A stretch of 44,169 bases of DNA, from IMG/VR virus record IMGVR_UViG_2740892274_000005, one strand, 5' to 3'. The notes under the pieces are model-generated. The model had not been told where the DNA came from. It saw only the letters and a list, made by a program, of their open reading frames with translations, and did no database searches. The translations under genes and the position numbers were made by a program. Shown here piece after piece: positions 26,097-35,142 of this stretch (position 1 is its first letter; each line of letters begins with the position of its first letter). The stretch comes from a virus. Its lineage: Duplodnaviria > Heunggongvirae > Uroviricota > Caudoviricetes.

Positions 26097-27428
26097 TTAA
26101 TCAATTTGTCCTTCCAGCACCTCAAGCATTCCGCCCCGGATATCCGATTTCAGCTTATCCATATTGATAACCCGGTAAGCATTCACAATCACATCCAGTT
26201 TGTCGGGCTGACGTTTCAGACTGTACGGTGCATTAACGGCAATCTGCACACTGCCATCCTGATTTTCCACGATATACATCAGATTGTTGTGCCGTTTGTC
26301 CCACAGTACCGCTTTTGGCCTTGCCAGCATTGCCGGTAAGCGCCCGAAGTCCTCCGGCGTCAGAGCGATGCCGTCATTCTGATGTTTCACACTGTCCGCA
26401 TGGAGCACATTTTTACCGCTCATCGCCAGCAGGCGGGCCGGTGGCGTTCCCGTCCGGCTTTCCACTGCCTGCGCAATGCTTTCAGTCATAAAGCCCAGCG
26501 TGCGGATATCGTTACCACCTCGCCGGGTCTGCATGATGTTTTTTGCCCAGATGCGGAACGCCAGCTGCCGCTCCGGGCTGTTGTTCATCTCCTGAACCAC
26601 CATTTCCCGTAACGCCGGGCTTTTCACCTCGATCAGTTTGCGGATCAGCGCCTGGTCTGTGCCGAACGCTGCCGAGCCGGGGTTATATGACCAGCCCACA
26701 TCCGGTGTCATGGTTCTGGCGCCATCTGAATATGTGGTCACCGGCATTTCTCTGACTTCTCCGGTCTGTTTATCCACGCCAGCCTCAACATTGCGGGTGG
26801 AGAGATGATCCTCACCGGATGAAACGGATAACCCCATTGCATCCAGACGGGCCTGAGACAATGGCCGCACACGGCAGCGGCAGTTCCAGCCATTGGGCGG
26901 GTAGTGTGTTTTCCAGAACGGATCGTCATAGCGGAATACCAGACCGTTAAGGGCGGAATGCGACGGGCGGGTACGGCTGTCCATGACCGCCACATACTGC
27001 CAGAACGGATGCGTGTCCGTGTTGTTCATCATCTGCGTGTAACGCCCGGCATTGTAAGCCACACGGGTGTTCACGTTGTAAATCAGCGCCAGACGACGGG
27101 GACTGCCCTGCTGCACTTCTTCCGCGTTACCGTCGCTGTCCACCACAATCTGCTTTCCCCACCATCCCAGCTTTTGCAGGCGTGGCGTCAGTGTGCGGAT
27201 AAATTCTTTCTGTGAAATCCCCTCATCAATGGCCCGCTGCACTTCGGCCTGTAATGTGGTTACCACATCCAGCCGTGCCGTTTTTGCTGCCGTGAATGAG
27301 CGGGCATGAACATCCGCGTCTGTTTCGAACCAGTTCCAGCTGATATGCGCCCCTTTGGCGCGGAAGTATGCCACCGTCTCTTTTGAGGGAAGCGTGGCGG
27401 CATAACCTAAATCAATCCCCTGAGCCAT
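26097..27428 (-). CDS. Head morphogenesis / minor capsid protein (Mu F, gp30-like)
   Basis: 443 aa immediately downstream of the portal gene. Confidence 0.8.
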   Translation of the reverse strand: MAQGIDLGYAATLPSKETVAYFRAKGAHISWNWFETDADVHARSFTAAKTARLDVVTTLQAEVQRAIDEGISQKEFIRTLTPRLQKLGWWGKQIVVDSDGNAEEVQQGSPRRLALIYNVNTRVAYNAGRYTQMMNNTDTHPFWQYVAVMDSRTRPSHSALNGLVFRYDDPFWKTHYPPNGWNCRCRVRPLSQARLDAMGLSVSSGEDHLSTRNVEAGVDKQTGEVREMPVTTYSDGARTMTPDVGWSYNPGSAAFGTDQALIRKLIEVKSPALREMVVQEMNNSPERQLAFRIWAKNIMQTRRGGNDIRTLGFMTESIAQAVESRTGTPPARLLAMSGKNVLHADSVKHQNDGIALTPEDFGRLPAMLARPKAVLWDKRHNNLMYIVENQDGSVQIAVNAPYSLKRQPDKLDVIVNAYRVINMDKLKSDIRGGMLEVLEGQID

Positions 27429-29001
27429 CCAGCATCCCCTTCATTTCCGCAGCAAACATGGCATCACTGAGCAGCGTCATCAGGCGGGAATCATCCATTT
27501 CACGGTAAAGGGCAGGCAGGTCTGCCAGTGCCTCCGCCAGCCCCCGCGTTCTGATGACATCAATGACCGGCTCCAGCACCGGATCGATGGCCTCCTGTAA
27601 GCGGCGGGCAGGCACCGCGTCCCCCATGTCGTCCAGTTCATCACGCGGCGTGTTTTTCGCTTCCGGCAGTCGGGCTGAAAGCGCCGTCTGTTCTGTCTTT
27701 TCCTGTTTTTCCGGTAGCGTTTCCCTGTCAGGCATGGCCGGTTCATTACTGCTCTGACGGACACGGAATATGGCTTCACCGGGCGTGGGCTGTGGAATAC
27801 CGGTCTGATCCCGTACCCAGGGATCAGGAATATCCATCCCCGCACTGAGTTGCATCACCGCACTGGCTATTTTGGTGATATCCCCCGGTTCTTTGGTCTG
27901 GAAACAGATACGCGGCAGGCGACGGATATCAATGGCGTGGGCGGTGTTCAGGGCATACAGCGGATACACCAGATCGCGGTTCAGGGTTGCAGCCAGCTGG
28001 CGTAAATCAGAATCCCTGATTTCCCGGCGCACCTCGTTATGCACCTCACCCAGCGAGCGCGCGCCTTTGTCTCCGGCTTCTGTGGTCAGCGTGCCGCCGA
28101 GTATTGCTTTGGAGATGGAACGCTCACCCCACGAAATCATGGTTTCAAACGGATCGGCCTGACCGTTCGCTGCCGCCTGAAACTCCAGCGACATCCCGGC
28201 CGGGATGATCCCGCCTGTACGTCGCCCGATATCCATCACCGCCCGCATCAGGGCACTTTTCTGCTCCGGTGTTGCCCCGGACGGGTATTTCCCGACCTTC
28301 ATTGGCAGGCCGTACACCTCCAGAAATTCCGCCAGATCGCGCACGGAATAGTTTTTGAAAATGAACGGCCAGATAAGCGTTCTGACAAGCCCCGTCGCAC
28401 CACCGTAGCCGGTGCGTGAACGCGACTGATGCACTATCCAGCCAAAGGGCTGAAACGCCACCCCGGCATGGCTGCCGTCACGCAGCCGCAGTTCGCTCAA
28501 ATCATCCGGGTTAAGGCAGAAATGCCCGCTGTCACGCCAGCGGATGGCGCGGATGATGTGCATTTTACCGAGCATCCCGTGCTCAATTTCCATGCAGGAA
28601 TAGCCCTTCAGGATGGCATCCGTGGCGTCAAACAGCATGGCATCAAACCAGTCTGCGGAATGCAGATATTCGTCGAGCATTTCCGCGTCCTTTTTCTCAT
28701 TCGCGCTGGCGTTCGGTGGCGGCTCAATACTCCATGGCACCCCCTGAATGGCAAGACGTCGCTTGCCCAGCTCCGCAAAAAGGTGGGTGTCCTTTTCTTC
28801 AATATCAGCGGCCAGATCGGACTGGGCAATCAGATCGCCACGTTCAGCCCCGCGAAGGCACTGCGCCGCCCGGTTCGGGGTGATACCCGAAGCCGGATGT
28901 TCAATATAACGGCTGGCAATCTGCGGAATATCCAGCGCGGCACTCTGCATCTCCGGGTCAAAGGAGAAAGGTTTTCCGTCAGTATCAATGATGCGTCCCA
29001 C
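27412..29001 (-). CDS. Portal protein (Mu gp29-like)
   Basis: 529 aa between the large terminase and F-like genes, coupled to both. Confidence 0.8.
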   Translation of the reverse strand: MGRIIDTDGKPFSFDPEMQSAALDIPQIASRYIEHPASGITPNRAAQCLRGAERGDLIAQSDLAADIEEKDTHLFAELGKRRLAIQGVPWSIEPPPNASANEKKDAEMLDEYLHSADWFDAMLFDATDAILKGYSCMEIEHGMLGKMHIIRAIRWRDSGHFCLNPDDLSELRLRDGSHAGVAFQPFGWIVHQSRSRTGYGGATGLVRTLIWPFIFKNYSVRDLAEFLEVYGLPMKVGKYPSGATPEQKSALMRAVMDIGRRTGGIIPAGMSLEFQAAANGQADPFETMISWGERSISKAILGGTLTTEAGDKGARSLGEVHNEVRREIRDSDLRQLAATLNRDLVYPLYALNTAHAIDIRRLPRICFQTKEPGDITKIASAVMQLSAGMDIPDPWVRDQTGIPQPTPGEAIFRVRQSSNEPAMPDRETLPEKQEKTEQTALSARLPEAKNTPRDELDDMGDAVPARRLQEAIDPVLEPVIDVIRTRGLAEALADLPALYREMDDSRLMTLLSDAMFAAEMKGMLDGSGD

Positions 29002-30668
29002 TACCAGCCCCCCCGATCAAATTCATGATATGCCTCATCGTCATCACGATAACCGCCCTCCATTGCCCGCGACCGCTCCTGTAGCGCCTGACAGGCTGAT
29101 TCATCCAGGATGAAGCCCTCCATGTATGACGCCCGGTTTGCCATACAGAGCGCCACGGCAAAATCACCATGGCGGCGGGCGTTCGCAGCCGTTGCGTTCT
29201 GGTCCTTCGTGCGCCCCTTGTCGATTTGCGGGATACCATTCACTACCTTCACATGGCGCAAATCATCAAGCGTGGTCTGATGGCGGGCGACGAGGATATT
29301 CTGATCTTCAAACTCGGCTTTCAGTTTTGGCATCCACTCGCCGTACCACTTCGGCGACAACATCACGCAGTCGATGATGTCCGGGCCAAAGGCCAGCAGT
29401 GCGGCCTCTGCCAGATAGCCGCCGTTACCGGTGGCGTCGAACGCCGCACCGACCAGCGCCGGAACGCGGGTCAGGATGTACATCATCACCTGTTCCTGCT
29501 GGGCATACGGCAGGTTGCGCAGCTCCACGCGAAACACCTCGCGCTTTGCCAGGGATTCGGTGATTTCCAGCAGCACAAAGCAGGACAGGTCACCGGTGCG
29601 GGCAAAGTCTTCCCCGAAGCTGAAGCGGGAACGGGGATTTAATTTCTCTAAAAGCGGTTTTAAATGTTCTTCACACCAGGTTAAAACTTCCGATTCACGC
29701 AGCCATGCGGCACGGCTGATGAAGTTGTCCGGGGCTTCAAACGTCAGAATCGGGATGTCGCGGATCATCGCCATTTCAATAAGCGCGTGGGGGATATAGG
29801 CACCGCCGGATTTTTTCGGGATACAGCCGTATTCCTCGTCGGCATCCTCACGGGTCGGGGCGTTTTTGTAGAGATCATCACGCCATTTCTGCTCGCTTTC
29901 CGGTGACCATTCCTGATCGGTGACGTAACAGATACGACGGTACAGCCCGTCCGCAATGGCATCATCCAGGGTTATGCGGTGGACGCTGTAATCCTTGCGC
30001 CCCTCGCGGGCTTCCTGAATGTACTGATTAAACAGATTATCGACGCCGTTATGCGTGGAGATAATACGCACGCGCGCGCCCCACATAGTGAGCGCCATTG
30101 CCGCCTTGAGAAGCTCATCCAGTGACTCGTGGAACGCGGCTTCATCAATCACCACATCCCCCTGAAGGCCGCGCAGGTTTGACGGACGGGAAGACAATGC
30201 CTGAATTTTGAATCCACTGTTCGGAAAGCGGATCATGTAGGTCAAAATTTCTTCTTTTTTATCCCGATCCCAGAATGTCTGCTCATACACATCAGCATCT
30301 GCCAGCTGGTTAAAGGCACGGGAGAACAGCGCGCAGGCAGAAATATATTCCAGCGCCATCTCCTGCTTTGATCCCACATAAAACACATTGCGGCCACCAC
30401 GACGCTTCGGTTTTGCAGCAGTAATGACGTTACGCCCGGCTTCCGCCCAGGTAAGACCGGTGCGGCGGGATTTCTCCGCGATGCAGACCTGACTTTCATC
30501 TGCAAACCAGCGGGCCTGATAATCCAGAAACACCGGCATATCACCGGGCAAATCAAGGCTGTCCGGCACATCCACGCCCAGCAGGGCTTTTTCACCTGAC
30601 AGATCAATTTTGCGGGGAGGCGTCATTTGCATCAGTGAAGGCGACGTTTCTCTGGCTTTGTTCATCAT
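29001..30668 (-). CDS. Terminase large subunit (Mu gp28-like)
   Basis: 555 aa with an ATPase N-terminal half and a nuclease-like C-terminal half, upstream of the portal gene. Confidence 0.85.
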   Translation of the reverse strand: MMNKARETSPSLMQMTPPRKIDLSGEKALLGVDVPDSLDLPGDMPVFLDYQARWFADESQVCIAEKSRRTGLTWAEAGRNVITAAKPKRRGGRNVFYVGSKQEMALEYISACALFSRAFNQLADADVYEQTFWDRDKKEEILTYMIRFPNSGFKIQALSSRPSNLRGLQGDVVIDEAAFHESLDELLKAAMALTMWGARVRIISTHNGVDNLFNQYIQEAREGRKDYSVHRITLDDAIADGLYRRICYVTDQEWSPESEQKWRDDLYKNAPTREDADEEYGCIPKKSGGAYIPHALIEMAMIRDIPILTFEAPDNFISRAAWLRESEVLTWCEEHLKPLLEKLNPRSRFSFGEDFARTGDLSCFVLLEITESLAKREVFRVELRNLPYAQQEQVMMYILTRVPALVGAAFDATGNGGYLAEAALLAFGPDIIDCVMLSPKWYGEWMPKLKAEFEDQNILVARHQTTLDDLRHVKVVNGIPQIDKGRTKDQNATAANARRHGDFAVALCMANRASYMEGFILDESACQALQERSRAMEGGYRDDDEAYHEFDRGGW

Positions 30669-30913
30669 GCTTTACCTGTCAGAATGCTTTTGATTCGGGA
30701 CTCAAGCTCTTCAGTCATCACGTCCACGCCGCTCAACTCATCAGTGGCAGCCTCTGCCAGCAGCGAATGCAGTTGTTCCAGGGATATTTCCCCGGCAATG
30801 CTGAGTTCAGTCAACTCACGACATACCTTTATGGTTTCAGGAGGTAACTGTGTTGCAAGACTGAATGCTTTCTGATGGGCACTGCTCATCAGTGAGCGGT
30901 TATCTGTTGCCAT
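30665..30913 (-). CDS. Small protein paralogous to the C-terminus of the upstream gp27-like protein
   Basis: 82 aa; C-terminus ...DELSGVDVMTEELESRIKSILTGKA parallels ...DELRGVDGMSEQIEFRIRQMLLGKA of 30924..31505. Confidence 0.5.
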   Translation of the reverse strand: MATDNRSLMSSAHQKAFSLATQLPPETIKVCRELTELSIAGEISLEQLHSLLAEAATDELSGVDVMTEELESRIKSILTGKA

Positions 30914-30923
30914 GATTCACCTC

Positions 30924-31505
30924 CTACGCCTTACCCAGCAGCATCTGCCTGATACGGAATTCGATCTGCTCGCTCATGCCATCCACGCCGCGCAACTCAT
31001 CGGTGACCGCATTCGCCATCTCTTCAGCAAATGCGGCCCGGATTTCTTTTTCACGCTTAATGCTGCGCTCGGCGGCACTTTCTGCACGCTGTGCCGACAG
31101 GAGGATGTCCTTAATAAGGCGCATATCCACATCGCTGTCGCTGTTCAGGGATTCGGTGGCGGCACGCAGACGGCGGTACATCAGGGCACGGGACATCTCC
31201 AGAATCAGTGCCGTGGTTTCACCGGTCGGCTTATCCCCCAGTTCGGCCATCATGGCTTTTGTCTGCTCGCGTAAATCACGCAGATTACGGGCAATCAGCT
31301 CATTACGGGAGGCTTCCCGGCTGATGGCCGCCGGTGAGAGCTGCTGCTCTTCCGGCAGACCTGCTTCACGGATCAGACGGTTGATTTCCTCGCGGATCTG
31401 GACCTGCGTCAGACGTTTTTCACGCAGCATTTCCAGCAGCGGCTTACGGATGCTGTCGGGGAGCAAATCCACCTTGCGTACACGGCCACGCGCTGGCTTA
31501 TCCAT
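30924..31505 (-). CDS. Mu gp27-like protein (putative terminase small subunit)
   Basis: 193 aa with a basic N-terminus and helical body, upstream of the large terminase gene. Assigned by synteny. Confidence 0.6.
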   Translation of the reverse strand: MDKPARGRVRKVDLLPDSIRKPLLEMLREKRLTQVQIREEINRLIREAGLPEEQQLSPAAISREASRNELIARNLRDLREQTKAMMAELGDKPTGETTALILEMSRALMYRRLRAATESLNSDSDVDMRLIKDILLSAQRAESAAERSIKREKEIRAAFAEEMANAVTDELRGVDGMSEQIEFRIRQMLLGKA

Positions 31506-31507
31506 CG

Positions 31508-31798
31508 TTACCCCCTTGCGCGTGGTTTCTTCACACCCGGAACGGTGGCGCGGCCTTCCGCCACATCCTGACCCCGGCCGGTCAGTTCAGCGATGAAATA
31601 ACCGTTAACAAGCGTGCGCTTACGCACCAGTCCCTGCTCGGCAAGCCAGGCAATGTGGGTATGAACGGTGTCGCGGGACACGCGGTGACCGTAATCATCC
31701 AGGCAGTCCTGAAGCACGGATTCGCCCAGTTCGCCGTTGTAATCCGCCAGCGACCGCAGAATGACAAGACGCTGATCTTCAGTAATGAAATCACTCAT
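31508..31798 (-). CDS. Mu gp26-like small protein (possible winged-helix)
   Basis: 96 aa, MSDFITEDQRLVILRSLADYNGELGESVLQ.... Assigned by synteny. Confidence 0.5.
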   Translation of the reverse strand: MSDFITEDQRLVILRSLADYNGELGESVLQDCLDDYGHRVSRDTVHTHIAWLAEQGLVRKRTLVNGYFIAELTGRGQDVAEGRATVPGVKKPRARG

Positions 31799-32102
31799 TG
31801 TGTTTTTTCCTTACAGCCTGCTCCAGCAGCAGTTCGTTCTGATGGGAGACGGATTTCAGGGTGGCATTGGTGGCCTTAAGCTCACCGCGCAGGGTGGTGA
31901 TTTCGATATTGAGTCTGTTCACCTCCTGCTGCGTGGGCAGGCCGGAAATCCGGCTCTCCACCCGCTCAACCCGGTCGGAGAGTTTTTCAAAGGCCTCGCG
32001 GGGGACAAAGGTTTTGCGCATCAGCGCCATGAAGATCCCCCCGGCTGTGGCCGTTGCCGACAGGATCGGCACGACATAATCTTTAACGATGCTGACCCAC
32101 AT
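31791..32102 (-). CDS. Mu gp25-like membrane protein (lysis-associated in Mu)
   Basis: 103 aa with an N-terminal hydrophobic helix (VVPILSATATAGGIFMALM) and a coiled C-terminus. Confidence 0.5.
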   Translation of the reverse strand: MWVSIVKDYVVPILSATATAGGIFMALMRKTFVPREAFEKLSDRVERVESRISGLPTQQEVNRLNIEITTLRGELKATNATLKSVSHQNELLLEQAVRKKHNE

Positions 32103-32310
32103 GACCGGCCTCCATGATGTTCTGGCAGTTCACACAACGGATGGCATCCGGCACGGCAACCAGACGGGCAGCCGGAATGTCACCCCCGCAGTCCGCGCAT
32201 ACACGCCTGCCCGGTGTCTCCGCCACCCGGCGCTTACGTGTCAGCCGGTCACAAAGGGCGCGTTCTGTTGCACGCTCCATGACTGCCTGAGCACAATCTG
32301 AATCATCCAT
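32083..32310 (-). CDS. TraR/DksA-family C4 zinc-finger protein
   Basis: Start taken at the internal ATG 32310 (MDDSDCAQAV...). Contains ...CADCGGDIPAARLVAVPDAIRCVNCQ..., the four-Cys zinc finger of the TraR/DksA family. Confidence 0.7.
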   Translation of the reverse strand: MDDSDCAQAVMERATERALCDRLTRKRRVAETPGRRVCADCGGDIPAARLVAVPDAIRCVNCQNIMEAGHVGQHR

Positions 32311-32320
32311 ACCTTTTTCC

Positions 32321-32692
32321 TTACTTCGTCTTTCCTGCCGGAACAGCAGTCGTTCCGGCCATATCAGTAAATTCATGCTGTCGCTGTGTCTCCAGACGGC
32401 GGATGCTGGCCTTGTCCACGTTGCAGTTTTTAATCACCGCCAGCAGTTGCAGGTTGTAAGTGACCGATGCACCAAACGTGAACGGCTGCGGCGCGGGAGG
32501 GACCAGGCAGTCAGCCAGCCATTCAGCGGGGATCGGCACCGGCTTCACCGGCACGTATTTCACAGACGGCCCGCCGCACCCGGTCAGCCACATCATCAGG
32601 CACAGGCACAGCGGCAGCAGGCACCGTTGCCAGTGACCGGCGGACAATGCTCTGCTGTTCCTCGCTGTGCTGCATGTTCTGCTGTTTTTCAT
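32321..32692 (-). CDS. Outer-membrane spanin (Rz1-like lipoprotein), start uncertain
   Basis: Frame overlapping the 3' part of the i-spanin gene and extending beyond it. Lipobox LTGC followed by a Pro-rich mature region (CGGPSVKYVPVKPVPIPAEW...PPAPQP). ATG at 32692 with AAGG upstream. Confidence 0.5.
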   Translation of the reverse strand: MKNSRTCSTARNSRALSAGHWQRCLLPLCLCLMMWLTGCGGPSVKYVPVKPVPIPAEWLADCLVPPAPQPFTFGASVTYNLQLLAVIKNCNVDKASIRRLETQRQHEFTDMAGTTAVPAGKTK

Positions 32693-32873
32693 TCGTGGCC
32701 GCCTTGCTGATTTGTGAAATGAGTTGCAGGGTGCGTTGCTGGTTTGCCAGCACCAGACGGGCTTCGTCCCGTTCACGCACAAGCACATGATTATTGTCCT
32801 CAAGGCGCTGCGTCTTCTGGTGCATTCCCCATACCACGGCAGCCAGCACGCTCATCACCCCCAGCGCCGCCAT
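32523..32873 (-). CDS. Inner-membrane spanin (Rz-like), start uncertain
   Basis: ATG at 32873 with GGAGG upstream gives MAALGVMSVLAAVVWGMHQKTQRLEDNNHVLVRERDEARL... (N-terminal TM helix then coiled coil). The tracked ORF extends 57 codons further upstream. Confidence 0.55.
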   Translation of the reverse strand: MAALGVMSVLAAVVWGMHQKTQRLEDNNHVLVRERDEARLVLANQQRTLQLISQISKAATNEKQQNMQHSEEQQSIVRRSLATVPAAAVPVPDDVADRVRRAVCEIRAGEAGADPR

Positions 32874-32985
32874 ACAGCCTCCGGCAATCAGGGCCGGTAA
32901 GGGATTGTTCACCGCAGACACAGCACACCCCGCAGCAGCACAACGGCACACAGCAGCGCAATCATGAGCGGTCGCCAGAAGCGGT

Positions 32986-33486
32986 TCAGACTTTCGGCAA
33001 ATCGTAACGACATAACCATTCATCCGCCGAACGGCGGGCCTCAAGACCGGGGAGTTTTACCCCCTTTGAATAAATCCAGCGGATATACTGCTTACAGGAC
33101 GCGGGCATCTGCCCGGCATTGATAAGGCGCAGGAGCGTGGAGTTGCGAAAGTTCGTTTCACCGGCCCAGAAAATCCAGGAGGCCAGCGCCACCGTCTGAC
33201 CACGGGTAAGCGGCACCTGAACATGACGATCGATAGCCGCAAAGGCCCATTTCATGTCCTTTTCCAGCAGCTCCAGACACTCTTCATCAGTTTTTGTCAT
33301 CCCCGGTTTCACATCCGGGCCGGTATGGCCGTAACAGATGGTGGGGGTGCCGGTGGGATCAATGTACGTGGTGTTTTCTTTCCCTTCCCAGTAGCCGGTG
33401 TAGTGCGTGGCAATGGTGAACGTCCCGGCTCCGGCCAGAACAAGGGCAATCAGCTTTTTACGCAGGGGTGCGGGGAGTTTTGGCAT
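32986..33486 (-). CDS. SAR endolysin (T4-lysozyme-like)
   Basis: 166 aa; weakly hydrophobic Gly/Ala-rich N-terminal SAR segment (KKLIALVLAGAGTFTIA) followed by a catalytic E...D...T arrangement (YWEGKENTTYIDPTGTPTICYGHT). Confidence 0.85.
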   Translation of the reverse strand: MPKLPAPLRKKLIALVLAGAGTFTIATHYTGYWEGKENTTYIDPTGTPTICYGHTGPDVKPGMTKTDEECLELLEKDMKWAFAAIDRHVQVPLTRGQTVALASWIFWAGETNFRNSTLLRLINAGQMPASCKQYIRWIYSKGVKLPGLEARRSADEWLCRYDLPKV

Positions 33487-33557
33487 TGTTACGCTGTCTC
33501 ATGGTGTTCTCTGAGTCAGCGTAACCGTGAGGAAAAGGGGGCAGGATTTGCGGAATA

Positions 33558-33980
33558 TCAGAAAAGCCGTGGCTGCGTGCGTTCCTGATGCAGGCGACGC
33601 TGGTTGCGGATAACGGAGTAAATCTGCGTCTCTGACATCTGGTAGTGGCGGCGCAGGGTTTCAATTTTTTCGCCCTGGCTCCAGCGGGAAAAAATTTCAT
33701 TATTGCGCAGTTCGGTGAAAAGGGATTCACCGACCGGGAGATAATAACCACGCCCGCCCATGTACCCGGCCTGTGCGGCTGCAACCTTACGGGCAAGCAT
33801 TCCCGCCTGAGCAGGTTCAATCCCCTGACGGTGCAGTTCAGCACTGATCACATCAACCAGGTCCCGCAGCGTGCCGGGCCAGTTCTTTTTCAGCTCATCA
33901 TCAGGAATATCATCCAGACGGTCAATCAGCGCGTGCAGCTGTTCGCTGTCACCAAACATGCTCATCTGTGTTTCAGCCAT
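33558..33980 (-). CDS. Mor/C-family transcriptional activator
   Basis: 140 aa with a C-terminal HTH (...IETLRRHYQMSETQIYSVIRNQRR...), located between gemA and the lysis genes. Only one Mor/C family member is present in the window. Confidence 0.75.
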   Translation of the reverse strand: MAETQMSMFGDSEQLHALIDRLDDIPDDELKKNWPGTLRDLVDVISAELHRQGIEPAQAGMLARKVAAAQAGYMGGRGYYLPVGESLFTELRNNEIFSRWSQGEKIETLRRHYQMSETQIYSVIRNQRRLHQERTQPRLF

Positions 33981-34050
33981 ACCCGCCTCCGGTCATCATT
34001 ACACAGGGCAAGTTTAAAATAAAAATCCCGCGCTGTGGCGGGATTTGGGG

Positions 34051-34563
34051 TTAACGGGGGAATGATTTTTCATACAGCCTGCAAACACGCTCATAACTCA
34101 TCACTGCACGTTCCGACATATCCAGGGCTGCCAGCATTTTGCGGCGGTGCCAGCGTTTGAGACGCTCCAGCACATCAGAGGCCAGCGCGGGTTGTTGCTC
34201 CAGCCACTGCCAGTTAGCCACACCTTCGCCGTCGTTCTGCGCGGCCGTCTGCGATTTCACCCAGCGGTTAAGGGCCGTTTCCCCGCCATCAGAGATAAAT
34301 CCCTGCCGGTGCATCACTTTCCAGATGGCGCGAATTTTGGCGGTCACCGTACCCGGTTTTAAGGCCCGGTTAACCGGCTTCTGACGCACTTTAAAACCGC
34401 GTTTTTTGAAAACATCCAGCACGCGGGATAACTCACCGGGTGACATATCACGGCAACTGGATTTGCCGGTGGCTGCCAGCAGCGCGGATGTATAGGTATC
34501 ATGGTCAAGCTGTAGATCGCGTTTTGCGACATGTATTAAGGTAATCAGGGAAGCGCGATTCAT
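34051..34563 (-). CDS. gemA: GemA-like regulatory protein (Mu gp16 family)
   Basis: 170 aa immediately upstream of the Mor/C gene. GGAG RBS 8 nt upstream of the ATG. Confidence 0.7.
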   Translation of the reverse strand: MNRASLITLIHVAKRDLQLDHDTYTSALLAATGKSSCRDMSPGELSRVLDVFKKRGFKVRQKPVNRALKPGTVTAKIRAIWKVMHRQGFISDGGETALNRWVKSQTAAQNDGEGVANWQWLEQQPALASDVLERLKRWHRRKMLAALDMSERAVMSYERVCRLYEKSFPR

Positions 34564-34575
34564 TATCGTGGCTCC

Positions 34576-34605
34576 ATAAAAAATGGGCGGTGTTACCGCA
34601 CCGCC
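34576..34605 (-). terminator. Rho-independent terminator on the minus strand, immediately upstream of gemA
   Basis: Stem GGCGGTG / CACCGCC (34586..34592 and 34599..34605) with a 6-nt loop, followed on the minus strand by CAUUUUUUAU. Lies between the low-GC cassette and the gemA RBS. Confidence 0.6.
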
Positions 34606-34633
34606 ATGTCAATTAACATAAAAGGAAAAATCT

Positions 34634-34873
34634 ATGTCAGATATAAAAAATGCACTTGATGTTGCCGCATTCACAATGGCTGGAAATCTTATGGTAACCC
34701 TGTTCGATAAGGGGCTGATTTCCCGTGAGGAGGCAATACATATTATCAATCTCGCTCAAAAAAACTCTACCCCGGAAAATGCAGAAGATATCCAGGATGG
34801 CTCATATATTAATACCGACTGGCATTTCGACAATCTCCGGGCCTGTATGGGGATTACCGCTGAAAAAGATTAA
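34634..34873 (+). CDS. Hypothetical 79-aa protein on the opposite strand within the early region (low GC)
   Basis: ATG with AGGAAA 6-7 nt upstream. Converges with 34854..35141, with a 20-nt 3' overlap. No family recognised. Confidence 0.5.
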   Translation: MSDIKNALDVAAFTMAGNLMVTLFDKGLISREEAIHIINLAQKNSTPENAEDIQDGSYINTDWHFDNLRACMGITAEKD

Positions 34874-35141
34874 AAATTTTTGCATAATGTTCAGATGTAA
34901 GAATTGCTGAACCATCAACACCGAGCCTACGGCGAACGTATTCCTCGCGGGCTATTTTATTATCCAGAGATACAGCATCCTTAATCAGGTTAATCTCCCG
35001 CTCCATTATCAAAAGGGCTTCTCTGGCTGCAAGATTTTCTTTTATCGCATATTCGATAATGTCCCGCATACGTTCAAGCATGCCGATTTTAGCCAGTTCT
35101 TCGTCGATAGATTTAGGCGCAAATTTGATTTCTTTTTCCAT
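34854..35141 (-). CDS. Hypothetical 95-aa helical protein
   Basis: ATG at 35141 preceded by AGGA with an 8-nt spacer, 1 nt after the stop of the zinc-ribbon micro-ORF. MEKEIKFAPKSIDEELAKIGMLERMRDIIEYAIKENLAAREALLIMEREINLIKDAVSLDNKIAREEY.... The tracked ORF starts at an upstream GTG. Confidence 0.55.
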   Translation of the reverse strand: MEKEIKFAPKSIDEELAKIGMLERMRDIIEYAIKENLAAREALLIMEREINLIKDAVSLDNKIAREEYVRRRLGVDGSAILTSEHYAKIFNLFQR

Positions 35142-35142
35142 A

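Noticed and set aside
32523-33044. Full 173-aa tracked ORF as the i-spanin
   Set aside because: It would overlap the endolysin gene by 58 nt and begins at a non-ATG codon without an RBS; the internal ATG at 32873 with GGAGG gives a typical Rz-like protein. Start remains uncertain.
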